Shown piece by piece: positions 6,359 through 14,125 of a stretch of 23,789 bases of DNA; position 1 is the stretch's first letter, and the number at the start of each line of letters is the position of its first letter. The notes under the pieces are model-generated. The model was not told the DNA's origin, did no database searches, and saw only the letters and a program-made list of their open reading frames with translations. The position numbers and the translations under genes are program-made. Origin of the DNA: a virus. The stretch lies in the IMG/VR virus record IMGVR_UViG_3300009776_000631; one strand, 5' to 3'.

Positions 6359-8862
6359 GATTCGGGTTCCTCCTCCTTCTTTTTCGGCTTCCTGCTCGCG
6401 CTGCGTTTCTTCTCTGGCTTCTCCCCGATCAGGTGCTGCGTAGGGCAGTAATTCTGCTCGGTGAGTTTCTTGCCGGTCTTCGTGCAGATCCCGCCTTCCC
6501 AGTCAAGGGAGGGGCAGTTCCGGATCGTGCTGCACCAGGTGATGTTCGGGATCTTGTCCGCTTTTGAGATCCATGCCTCGCACTTCGTCCGGGCCGTCTC
6601 CTCCATCAGGACCTTGGCGCTCTTGTCGCCGCCTTTGAACAGCAGCTCGCCGAGCCGTGGGCAGGTCTCATGGAAGGTCTTCCTGCCCTTATGGTGCCCG
6701 CAGGTGCCGCAGGAGCCCGGAGTCGGACCGCCGCTCTTGACTGGTTGCTCCTTCGCGGCCTCAAAAATGAATTTGAAAACTCCGGTGTCGAGCTGCGAAT
6801 CTATCTGCAGAAGGGAGCGGCCGATCTTGACGTACTCCGGGTTAATCTCAATACCGACAGAGGAACGGCCCATATCTCGCGCCTTCCGTGTGACCGTACC
6901 GGTTCCCCAGAATGGATCCAGCACAACACAGGGAACGGGATCCCCGGCATTGCATTCACAGGTCGGTTTCCAGCCTTTGAACTCGCGCCGGTATCCTTTC
7001 GTCGGTGCCCCGCATATCGCCCCGATCACATCGTCTTGTTCATGCGGGGTCCATGAACCCTGACCAATGGATCCGCCGCTTGTCTCGATGATGCGCCGGT
7101 ATGGTGCGCCGCATTTCGGGCAGCAGCCATACTCGCTTGTACCGGCCGCAATGCATCGGCGTGGGATCTCATCGGGGAATGTTGCGAAATGCGCCTCCGG
7201 GCGGGCCTGCGTTGCGATGGTCCATACCGTGCGGGCGTTCCGGGTGATGCCATCACAAATCGGCTGCCCGTCAGATCCGAGATCTCCGGAATGGTTCGAT
7301 AGGCTCTTCGACCTCGCAGCAATCTTGTTTTTATACCGTTCGTTGAACCCGGTATATGTCGGATTCCCTGTCAGGTCTTGTTTTCTGATCGTCTTCTTCT
7401 CGGGGCTCGCCCATGTTGCGAGTGAAAAGGACCGGTTCTGCCGGATACCATTGCCCGGTGCGGTGACTTTCGGGAGCGGCCCTTTGTAGTTCCCGTGCGG
7501 ATGGGCGTTGCCGGATACTGGTTCCCGGGCACCATCGGCGTCATAGAAATATTTCCCGTTCTTTGTGAGCAGGAAAATATACTCATGGCTCTTGGTCGGG
7601 CGATCCGTGACGCTCTCCGGCATCGGGTTCGGCTTCGACCAGACAATGTCAGAGCGGAGATACCAGCCATCATCCTGCAGGGCGAGGGCGACGCGCCACG
7701 GCACGCCCATCATATCTTTTGATTTCAGGCCGTCGGGGACCTCCGTCCCCGGATCATGGAATCCCTGCCGTTTTGTCTGGTCGCCGATACCGTTCTTTCC
7801 GGTCGGTCCTTTCCCGCTGCCCGCGTAACAGTCTCCGATATTGAGGAACACCGTGCCGTCATCCCGGAGGACCCGCCGGACCTCCCGGAATACCTTAACG
7901 ATCTTATCAAGATATTCCGTAAGTGAATCCTCGAGGCCGATCTGCCCATCAATCCCATAATTCCGGAGCTGGTAATAGGGAATGCTCGTGATCACGCACT
8001 GGATGAGGCCGGACGGGATCCGCTGGAGGCCGTCCATAACATCGCCCTGAATGATCCGGTGGACCATCGCTGCAGGGGGCTGCGATGCTTCGGTGTCGGG
8101 ATTCTCCGGGGGGGCAGCCTTGATTTGTCGGGATTTTGTCGGGATTGCTGGGGCCGGGGATGGTGGACATGCCGGTTCCTGCGCTGGTGGCGAGGCCGGG
8201 GCCGGCAGCAGCTTCGCGGGGATCCGCCAGAGCGGGCAGACCGGCAGGTCCGCGAGCGGGACCTTGATCACCGGGCAGGTGGTTTCGCCGATCCCGCAGC
8301 GCTTGACACCGTCCGGGCAGAACTCGCCTCCGCATTTGAGCGGGGTGATCGTGTATCGATCGCGGTCCTGGACGATCTCCTGCAGGGCCTTGAGCTGGTG
8401 CTCCTGGTCCGGGTTCCCGAGAACATGGCAGAAGCAATATCCGCCGAGGCTCTGGCCGAGGATGTCGCCGGTGAAAGCGCACTTCCAGATGGTGCCCGTC
8501 TTCTTCTCGTATTGCCCCGCGCCGGTCTTACTGAACTTCTCCCCGATCTCGGAGAATTTATACGGACAGGTTGCCGGGCAGTTCTTCGGCCCGGGGACCT
8601 TGCTTTCATATTTCTGATCCTCGTCTCCGCGCAGATGCCAACCTCCGGTGTGGAGGAGGACCCACGGATCGATCGCGGGGTCCTGGATGCAGCAGGGCAG
8701 CGTGCCGGGCATGGTGTTGAATACCTGACATCGCTCCTGTGCGTCCTCTGGGTATGCCGTGTCCTCGTTCTTCCGGAGCTGGGGGCATTTCCGTTCCCGG
8801 CAGTTCTTAATTCCCCACTTCTTTTCCTTCGGGAGTTCTTTTCCCATGCAGGAGGAGCTCAT
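6355..8862 (-). CDS. Beta-class N4-C/N6-A DNA methyltransferase with Cys-rich N- and C-terminal extensions
   Basis: Core about 6775-8067: IIQGD, catalytic TSIPY, LRDDGTVFLNIGD, LRSDIVWSKPNPMPES, HEYIFLLTK, HFATFP, SAM motif VLDPFWGTGT, GIEINPEY; internal CPKC...CEC zinc insertion. Confidence 0.92.
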   Translation of the reverse strand: MSSSCMGKELPKEKKWGIKNCRERKCPQLRKNEDTAYPEDAQERCQVFNTMPGTLPCCIQDPAIDPWVLLHTGGWHLRGDEDQKYESKVPGPKNCPATCPYKFSEIGEKFSKTGAGQYEKKTGTIWKCAFTGDILGQSLGGYCFCHVLGNPDQEHQLKALQEIVQDRDRYTITPLKCGGEFCPDGVKRCGIGETTCPVIKVPLADLPVCPLWRIPAKLLPAPASPPAQEPACPPSPAPAIPTKSRQIKAAPPENPDTEASQPPAAMVHRIIQGDVMDGLQRIPSGLIQCVITSIPYYQLRNYGIDGQIGLEDSLTEYLDKIVKVFREVRRVLRDDGTVFLNIGDCYAGSGKGPTGKNGIGDQTKRQGFHDPGTEVPDGLKSKDMMGVPWRVALALQDDGWYLRSDIVWSKPNPMPESVTDRPTKSHEYIFLLTKNGKYFYDADGAREPVSGNAHPHGNYKGPLPKVTAPGNGIRQNRSFSLATWASPEKKTIRKQDLTGNPTYTGFNERYKNKIAARSKSLSNHSGDLGSDGQPICDGITRNARTVWTIATQARPEAHFATFPDEIPRRCIAAGTSEYGCCPKCGAPYRRIIETSGGSIGQGSWTPHEQDDVIGAICGAPTKGYRREFKGWKPTCECNAGDPVPCVVLDPFWGTGTVTRKARDMGRSSVGIEINPEYVKIGRSLLQIDSQLDTGVFKFIFEAAKEQPVKSGGPTPGSCGTCGHHKGRKTFHETCPRLGELLFKGGDKSAKVLMEETARTKCEAWISKADKIPNITWCSTIRNCPSLDWEGGICTKTGKKLTEQNYCPTQHLIGEKPEKKRSASRKPKKKEEEPES

Positions 8863-9188
8863 GGCGTACCCCCCGCCGCGCTCAGCTGGCCGCTTTCCTG
8901 CGGGCTGCCGGTACTGAGTGGCCGGGCAAACGACCGGTTGCCATTCCGGTTATGCCGCGCACCGCTGTAAGCTGTGAATCCCAGCCGGAGCAGCGCACAG
9001 GAGATCTCCATCTTGGCGATCCGGTCGGTCCTCCTTGCCAGCTCCGGGAAGTCTGCCGGGTGGTCCCTGACCCATATCAGCAGCGGCATGGTGCTGACGT
9101 ATGTCTTCTCTGCCGGGTAAGCGGCTGCCTGGAGCGCGAGGACTTCTTTGTCGACCGTTGATTTGTGCGGGGATGCAGTGGTTAGCAT
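8859..9188 (-). CDS. Hypothetical protein
   Basis: ATG 9188 overlapping the HNH-like stop; ATGA overlap with the MTase start. Confidence 0.65.
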   Translation of the reverse strand: MLTTASPHKSTVDKEVLALQAAAYPAEKTYVSTMPLLIWVRDHPADFPELARRTDRIAKMEISCALLRLGFTAYSGARHNRNGNRSFARPLSTGSPQESGQLSAAGGTP

Positions 9189-9700
9189 GCGACCATCGCC
9201 TCCCGGCCCACGAACCCGGTACACTCCCGGGCCCGGCGCCACGAGTAATTACAGGTGCCGCCGTTCCTGCAGCCCTGGTATTTCTCCCTGCGCTGACAGG
9301 GGTGGTGGACCGCGGCCTTCCGCCCGTGGTGGACCCGCTTGTGGTGCGACTTCTTGCCGCCGCGGCAATGCCAGCACTTCTCGGCGCCGGGCTTCATATA
9401 GTGCCGCTTGCACACCGGGCAGATCACGAACCCGCGCCGGTACATCCAGTGGCATTTCCCACAGGCCGGCGTGCCGTTCTCGTCGAGGTTGTAGTATGCC
9501 TCCTTGCTGTGATAGGACCGCGGATCGTCGTGATGCGCGAGGGTTGCCGGGCGCCCGCAGTACTCGCAGATGGGGTTCTTCAGCAGGAACTCGGCTTCGA
9601 TTGCCTGATACTCAGGATCTGCCCACCATGCTGCGGTCTGCTGCTTGTGGAGTTCGGCAGCGATGGCGCCGGGGTTGGTGGTCGTGATGGGGCTGATCAT
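9182..9700 (-). CDS. HNH-like nuclease with additional zinc fingers
   Basis: CEYCGRPATLAHH...NGTPACGKCH (HNH zinc/active-site pattern), then CPVC...CWHC and a C-terminal Cys cluster; start 9700 by ATGA overlap. Confidence 0.75.
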   Translation of the reverse strand: MISPITTTNPGAIAAELHKQQTAAWWADPEYQAIEAEFLLKNPICEYCGRPATLAHHDDPRSYHSKEAYYNLDENGTPACGKCHWMYRRGFVICPVCKRHYMKPGAEKCWHCRGGKKSHHKRVHHGRKAAVHHPCQRREKYQGCRNGGTCNYSWRRARECTGFVGREAMVAC

Positions 9701-9798
9701 GGGTGCGTCAGCCTCCACGCTACCGCGCCGGTGATGATCAGCAGGATGACGAGCCCGACCAGGAGCCGGACACGCCAGATGAGGTCGGAGCGCATCAT
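9697..9798 (-). CDS. 33-aa single-TM peptide
   Basis: MMRSDLIWRVRLLVGLVILLIITGAVAWRLTHP; 4-nt overlaps on both sides. Confidence 0.7.
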   Translation of the reverse strand: MMRSDLIWRVRLLVGLVILLIITGAVAWRLTHP

Positions 9799-10007
9799 AG
9801 GACCGGCCGCCCCCGTGCACTCTTCAGGTACGGGAGATCGCGCCGCCCCTTCGGGACCCGCATATCCGGGCGGCAATCGGTGACCCGGGCGCACGGGATC
9901 CCGGCAACCTCGCAATAGTCTTCCTTCAGCTCCGGGTACTTCGGCACCCTCACGAGGTGGTGATGGCCGCACCGCAGGCAGTACCGGCGGATTTCACTGG
10001 TATGCAT
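9795..10007 (-). CDS. Small Cys-rich (zinc-binding) protein
   Basis: CLRCGHHH...C...C...C; preceded by GGAGGG RBS. Confidence 0.7.
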   Translation of the reverse strand: MHTSEIRRYCLRCGHHHLVRVPKYPELKEDYCEVAGIPCARVTDCRPDMRVPKGRRDLPYLKSARGRPVL

Positions 10008-10010
10008 TGA

Positions 10011-10508
10011 TTAACCCTCCATGACGATGGCCGCCACAATCGGGTACAGATCCTTCCATTGGAGGTCCTGCCGGGTGGCGATGCTTACTTCATCTGCGAG
10101 ATCCTCGCGCTTCCGGGACCAGCACATATGATCGCGGTCCCGCAGGTACTCCCGCTTGAATTCGAGCTTCCGGACTGCTTCCCGGGTGGCCTGTTCGATG
10201 GCTGCCCGTTTCTCTGCCTCTTGTCGTTCCCGATCCGCCTTCCGGGTTTCCTCATCCTGGATGATCTTCCGCTGTGACATTTTTTCACGGCGGATCTTAT
10301 CGGCAAGCTCCCGGGCCTTCTGCCGGATTGAGGTTTCAGGAAGATCGTCACCTTCGAGAATGAACTCCTCAAGCATCTGGTTGACGAAGGCGGAGAGCAT
10401 CCGCTTATTGCCAGTCATTGCGGTGAGCTTACGGGTGGCGAGAAAAACGACCTCTTGATCGAGGTAGAGGTTTGTCTGCTTGAAATTGATATCCTTCAGG
10501 GGGAGCAC
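10011..10508 (-). CDS. RHH-like DNA-binding protein with coiled coil
   Basis: KQTNLYLD-QEVVFLATRKL-LSAFVNQMLEEFI strand-helix-helix pattern; charged coiled coil follows; GTG start. Confidence 0.7.
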   Translation of the reverse strand: MLPLKDINFKQTNLYLDQEVVFLATRKLTAMTGNKRMLSAFVNQMLEEFILEGDDLPETSIRQKARELADKIRREKMSQRKIIQDEETRKADRERQEAEKRAAIEQATREAVRKLEFKREYLRDRDHMCWSRKREDLADEVSIATRQDLQWKDLYPIVAAIVMEG

Positions 10509-10540
10509 CCCCGCTGGATTTTCTTTCCTGAAATGGAATT

Positions 10541-10578
10541 ATATAATATAATATAATCTTTTTTCTTAGTAGTAGTAG
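10541..10578. repeat. AT-rich microsatellite: (ATATA)3 and (TAG)4
   Basis: ATATA x3 at 10541-10555, T-run, TAG x4 at 10567-10578, in otherwise GC-rich DNA. Confidence 0.85.
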
Positions 10579-10590
10579 GAGGTGCAGGGA

Positions 10591-11730
10591 TCATTCATCC
10601 TCCCCCGCGCTCGTCAGGAACCAGTTCGCCGCTTTCTTCAGGAAGTCCGCCCGGGTCCGGATACCCTCGTATCGCGCCTGGATGAGTTCATCCACCATCC
10701 TGACCTCTTTCTCGGTGAAGAACCCGGACCGTTCGATCAGGTCATCGGCGCACTTGTTCAGCTCCTCGCAGGTCATCGGGGTTTTGACAATCCGGATGCC
10801 GCCGGGCCTGATGATCTTCGCGCCATCGAGCCGGGCGCTCGCTACGGCTGCCTGACCTTCCGGTGAGGCAAGATACTGCCGGCGAAGTACCGGACACTCT
10901 TTCTGGTTCACGATGAGGTTGCCGCTGCCGGCGCACTTGTTCCCCAGGACCTGCTGTTTGACCAGAAGATCGGTGGGTCCTGGGCACGGTTTGCCGGCCT
11001 TGCAGGGAGGTGTAAAGTCCGGGGCGGGCGGCAGGGTGGTTGCGGTCGTGAATGCCGGCTGGTTCTTTGCAGCTTCTGCGATCTCCTGTCTCCGGGCCTG
11101 CTCCTGATCGATCTGCGTTACGGTTTTGGGAGGATCGACCGGCTCGCCATCATGGAGCGGCGCGAAGAAGTGCTCGGGTTTCGCTGGCTCCGGATCCTTT
11201 TTTCCGATCTTGTCGGTTTTCATGCGCGAAACGGTGCCATGCTTAGTTGCATAGGTGCGCGTTTTCGTCGGTGGCTCTGAATCCTCACTACCGGATTTCC
11301 GGTAGTGAGAACGGTACTTTGACACGGTTTCCGGGTGGACGTTGCAGACTTCCGCGATCTTGTTGTCCGACCATTTCGACCATTCCTTGTCATTCAGCAG
11401 GCGCTCGACAGCCCGGCGTTTGTCCTCATTCGTCCTGCGGAGACCATGGGTAGCATTGACGCCGGAAGCAAACAGGATCGCGTCCCGCATCTTACCCTCG
11501 TGGATGTTACAGAGCACCTTCTTGATGCCGGAGGATTGTGCAGCCAAGAGCCGGTGATACCCATCCACTAAGACATACTCACCGTCAACCCGGAAGACTT
11601 CCAGCGGCGGGAATTTACCGCCCGCCTTCATGCTCTCCGAGTACTCATCAACGACCGCCATGTGCATGTTTACGCGGGGCTGCGTTGCGGCATCTTGTTT
11701 GATCTGCCCGATTGGGATAAGCTCTGTCAT
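10591..11730 (-). CDS. ParB/Srx N-terminal domain protein with HTH and C-terminal Cys module
   Basis: QPR, FPPLEVF, LVDGYHRLLAA (ParB arginine patch), HGLRRTNEDKRRAV, WSDNKIAEVCNVHPETVSKYR helix-turn-helix. Confidence 0.9.
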   Translation of the reverse strand: MTELIPIGQIKQDAATQPRVNMHMAVVDEYSESMKAGGKFPPLEVFRVDGEYVLVDGYHRLLAAQSSGIKKVLCNIHEGKMRDAILFASGVNATHGLRRTNEDKRRAVERLLNDKEWSKWSDNKIAEVCNVHPETVSKYRSHYRKSGSEDSEPPTKTRTYATKHGTVSRMKTDKIGKKDPEPAKPEHFFAPLHDGEPVDPPKTVTQIDQEQARRQEIAEAAKNQPAFTTATTLPPAPDFTPPCKAGKPCPGPTDLLVKQQVLGNKCAGSGNLIVNQKECPVLRRQYLASPEGQAAVASARLDGAKIIRPGGIRIVKTPMTCEELNKCADDLIERSGFFTEKEVRMVDELIQARYEGIRTRADFLKKAANWFLTSAGEDE

Positions 11731-11894
11731 GGACAGCCCGCCTCCCGCAGCCTGATGGCCCGGTGTTCATACAGCACCGGTACCGGCAGATCATAGATCG
11801 TCTGTACGTTATGCCGGGCCAGCTCCGCCCGGAGATCCTGCGAACGTTCCCGGGCCGGGACCATCCGCTCAAGCATGCGTTTTCGCTTGCCCAT
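11727..11894 (-). CDS. 55-aa hypothetical protein (not in ORF track)
   Basis: Manual translation MGKRKRMLERMVPARERSQDLRAELARHNVQTIYDLPVPVLYEHRAIRLREAGCP; ATGA overlap with ParB; GTGA RBS. Confidence 0.7.
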   Translation of the reverse strand: MGKRKRMLERMVPARERSQDLRAELARHNVQTIYDLPVPVLYEHRAIRLREAGCP

Positions 11895-11900
11895 GCCGGA

Positions 11901-12083
11901 TCACACTCTCTTGCTATCTGCTGTCAGATCCCCGTGTTCGACCCAGACCAGTCTTTTGCACTTCACACATTGCCAGAGCGATCCTTTGCTGATTATCTCG
12001 CCACCCGCTGAGATTATCGAATGCTCGTGGGTTCGGCAGATCTTCTCAAATTCGTGTCCGCAACATTCTTTACATATTGCCAT
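11901..12083 (-). CDS. Small zinc-ribbon protein
   Basis: CKECC...CVKC; GGGGTGA RBS. Confidence 0.75.
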   Translation of the reverse strand: MAICKECCGHEFEKICRTHEHSIISAGGEIISKGSLWQCVKCKRLVWVEHGDLTADSKRV

Positions 12084-12089
12084 GCCGGA

Positions 12090-12893
12090 TCACCCCTCGA
12101 CCGGTGCAGACAACGCCGGGTATCCCGTCTCCGGCTGTCGCTTCAGGCCGGATGCAAAGAGGATCGATTCCCGCCACCGGATCCTGATCTCCCGGTGCCC
12201 GCTGGTCGCTTCGAACCAGTACTCCTCACCGAACTCATCGCCCTTCGGCTGCAGCCGCCAGACCGGGCCTTCCGGGTACTGGTAGCCGTGATTATACAGG
12301 TACGAGTTGACCTCCCGGGCATTCAGGCCGCAGCGCTCTCCCAGCTGTGTAGGATTCAGCCAGGTGCCGCCCTCTCCATGGATGAGACACGGTGCCTTGA
12401 GCGCCTCGATGTATTCCGGCATGCCGCACTTTTTCAATGCAACCGCCTGGAACGCTTTCAGGTCGCCGCCAGTCAATCCGGCGAGGTTCCGGGCACGGTT
12501 CATCTCCGCCTCGATGGTCAGGACTGCCGGGCCAAGGGAAGGTGCCGCCGTCTCCCGGTCAGCGTCCATTTTCTCGAGGGCGATCTTCCGGAGATCCAGC
12601 AGCTGGTCCAGGGGCAGCTTGGATTTTGACGGATGGATGATCAGGAACAGGTAATCAACACCGGTCCGGTTCAGGCAGAGGAATTGCTGCTGCCCGCCGG
12701 GGGTCGGAAGGGATACGTAGGTTTTGTAAGGGCTCATTTTTTCCTTGAACCCCTCTATCGCGCTGTCGATCCCGCTCCGGCTGTACCCGATCATCTTGGC
12801 GATATCGAGTACCGGGATGACCGGCCCGATCGGGGAGTCCGCAATCCGGAGCCAGCTCTCCATGCCTTCGGGTTTGAGGATCCGGACGGTCAC
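12090..12893 (-). CDS. Phage antirepressor-like protein (BRO-N-like plus KilA-C/ANT-like)
   Basis: VIPVLDIAKMIGY...PTPGGQQQFLCLNRTGV (BRO-N-like); LNPTQLGERCGLNAREVNSYLYNHGYQ...WRLQPKG (KilA-C-like); GTG start via GTGA overlap. Confidence 0.8.
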   Translation of the reverse strand: MTVRILKPEGMESWLRIADSPIGPVIPVLDIAKMIGYSRSGIDSAIEGFKEKMSPYKTYVSLPTPGGQQQFLCLNRTGVDYLFLIIHPSKSKLPLDQLLDLRKIALEKMDADRETAAPSLGPAVLTIEAEMNRARNLAGLTGGDLKAFQAVALKKCGMPEYIEALKAPCLIHGEGGTWLNPTQLGERCGLNAREVNSYLYNHGYQYPEGPVWRLQPKGDEFGEEYWFEATSGHREIRIRWRESILFASGLKRQPETGYPALSAPVEG

Positions 12894-13954
12894 GCGCCCA
12901 CCTTCGCGAGGTTGCTGCGGTTGATCCATTCCATACCATTGTCGAATGAGACAAGCACTTCCGGCTGTCCCTGCGGGATGCGCTTGATCCTACCGGTGCC
13001 TTGGAAAATGACCGGGTGGCCGGTATGCCGGACCGTATCTCCAATCCTGAAGGAGCCGTCGTCCGATGGCGTCGGAGACGGTGCAGGTTGCGCGATCGCT
13101 TCCAGGGCTTCCCGTGCCTCCTCTGCAAGCGTTTTATCATCCGGGGTGCCCATCGATTCGAACGTGGTCCCGCCGTTCTCGGTGTCGACCGAATATTCCT
13201 GCCCGACTGCCGGACCGGGTGGAACTACGTTTTCCGCCGTTTTCTGCACCTTGGCGTCTTTTTTCTTCTGCTTCGCTTCCTTCTTCGCCTGCCGGTCGAT
13301 GGCATACCACTTCATGCCGACGGCGTTATCGTTCCGCTTGCTGTCAGGGAATGCCGCCCGGTACGCCTTGACGGCGGTCTCCCGGTCCTTGATTTCTGCG
13401 ACGGCCTTGATCTCGTCCGGGCTCCACTTGCCATTCTCCATATGGGCACCGCCTCTCTTCTCCCGTGGCTCTGGCTTCTTCGCCTTGGCTTTGATGATCT
13501 GCCGTGCGGTGGGCTTCTTCCCCGGAAGTTCCTCCCGGGCCTTCGCGGCCTGCCGGTCCGCCTCCTTTTCAGTTTCGGTCAGGAGGTCGCCCGATATACC
13601 CCCGGGCGGTGTATCCTTCGGAACCTCGTGGTACTGGTCCCACCACCGGGTCACCGTTGACTTGCCCCGGCTACTGTTCGGGAACGCTGCCTGATACCGC
13701 GTCCATGCGTCCTCCTTCGACTGTGCCACCCTGACGACGTCCTTCTCCGCGTCGCTCCAGGGCACCATCACGAAATGCTTTGGCGTCGTCGATGTCCGCT
13801 GCGGTGCTGCAACCCTCGCGAGAAACAGGTCGATCTCCTTCTCAACATGACGGGCGTCGGTCTGTGTGATCCCCTCGACAGAGAAGCCGAAGGAGACAGT
13901 GGCCTTGCCGTCCTTGATTTGCGTATCCCGGTTTGCGTTGTAGGTTTCGATCAT
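12890..13954 (-). CDS. Protein with two Myb/SANT-like repeats and a C-terminal SH3/Tudor-like domain
   Basis: Two 43-aa repeats WS..E...Y.AAFP.S.R....V...W; C-terminal FRIGDTVRH...GTGRIKRI...VLVSFDNG. Confidence 0.75.
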   Translation of the reverse strand: MIETYNANRDTQIKDGKATVSFGFSVEGITQTDARHVEKEIDLFLARVAAPQRTSTTPKHFVMVPWSDAEKDVVRVAQSKEDAWTRYQAAFPNSSRGKSTVTRWWDQYHEVPKDTPPGGISGDLLTETEKEADRQAAKAREELPGKKPTARQIIKAKAKKPEPREKRGGAHMENGKWSPDEIKAVAEIKDRETAVKAYRAAFPDSKRNDNAVGMKWYAIDRQAKKEAKQKKKDAKVQKTAENVVPPGPAVGQEYSVDTENGGTTFESMGTPDDKTLAEEAREALEAIAQPAPSPTPSDDGSFRIGDTVRHTGHPVIFQGTGRIKRIPQGQPEVLVSFDNGMEWINRSNLAKVGA

Positions 13955-13972
13955 GCGAAAAATTCCACCCTT

Positions 13973-14125
13973 TCAGTCATCCAATTCGACAAAATAGGCA
14001 GCCGCGGTCATCCCGCGGTTGAGATCGTTCGCGAGTTCTTCCGCATCCTTCAGAGCGACCGGGGTGCTATGCAGGTATCGGATTACCTGCCCGTTCACGG
14101 TCGCTCCGAGGTAAACAGGGGGCAT
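13973..14125 (-). CDS. 50-aa hypothetical protein (not in ORF track)
   Basis: Manual translation MPPVYLGATVNGQVIRYLHSTPVALKDAEELANDLNRGMTAAAYFVELDD; TGATG overlap with the PCNA-2 stop. Confidence 0.7.
   Translation of the reverse strand: MPPVYLGATVNGQVIRYLHSTPVALKDAEELANDLNRGMTAAAYFVELDD

Noticed and set aside
5375-6451. 358-aa plus-strand ORF
   Set aside because: Antisense shadow of PCNA-1 and its neighbour; expected in GC-rich coding DNA.
6775-8067. Intein in the methyltransferase
   Set aside because: No His-Asn followed by Cys/Ser/Thr splice junction or LAGLIDADG block; the insertions look like a target-recognition region and a zinc ribbon.
6461-8970. Several long plus-strand ORFs (200, 188, 303 aa)
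   Set aside because: Antisense to the methyltransferase; no motifs or RBS.
12633-13694. 353-aa plus-strand ORF
   Set aside because: Antisense shadow of the Myb-repeat and antirepressor genes.
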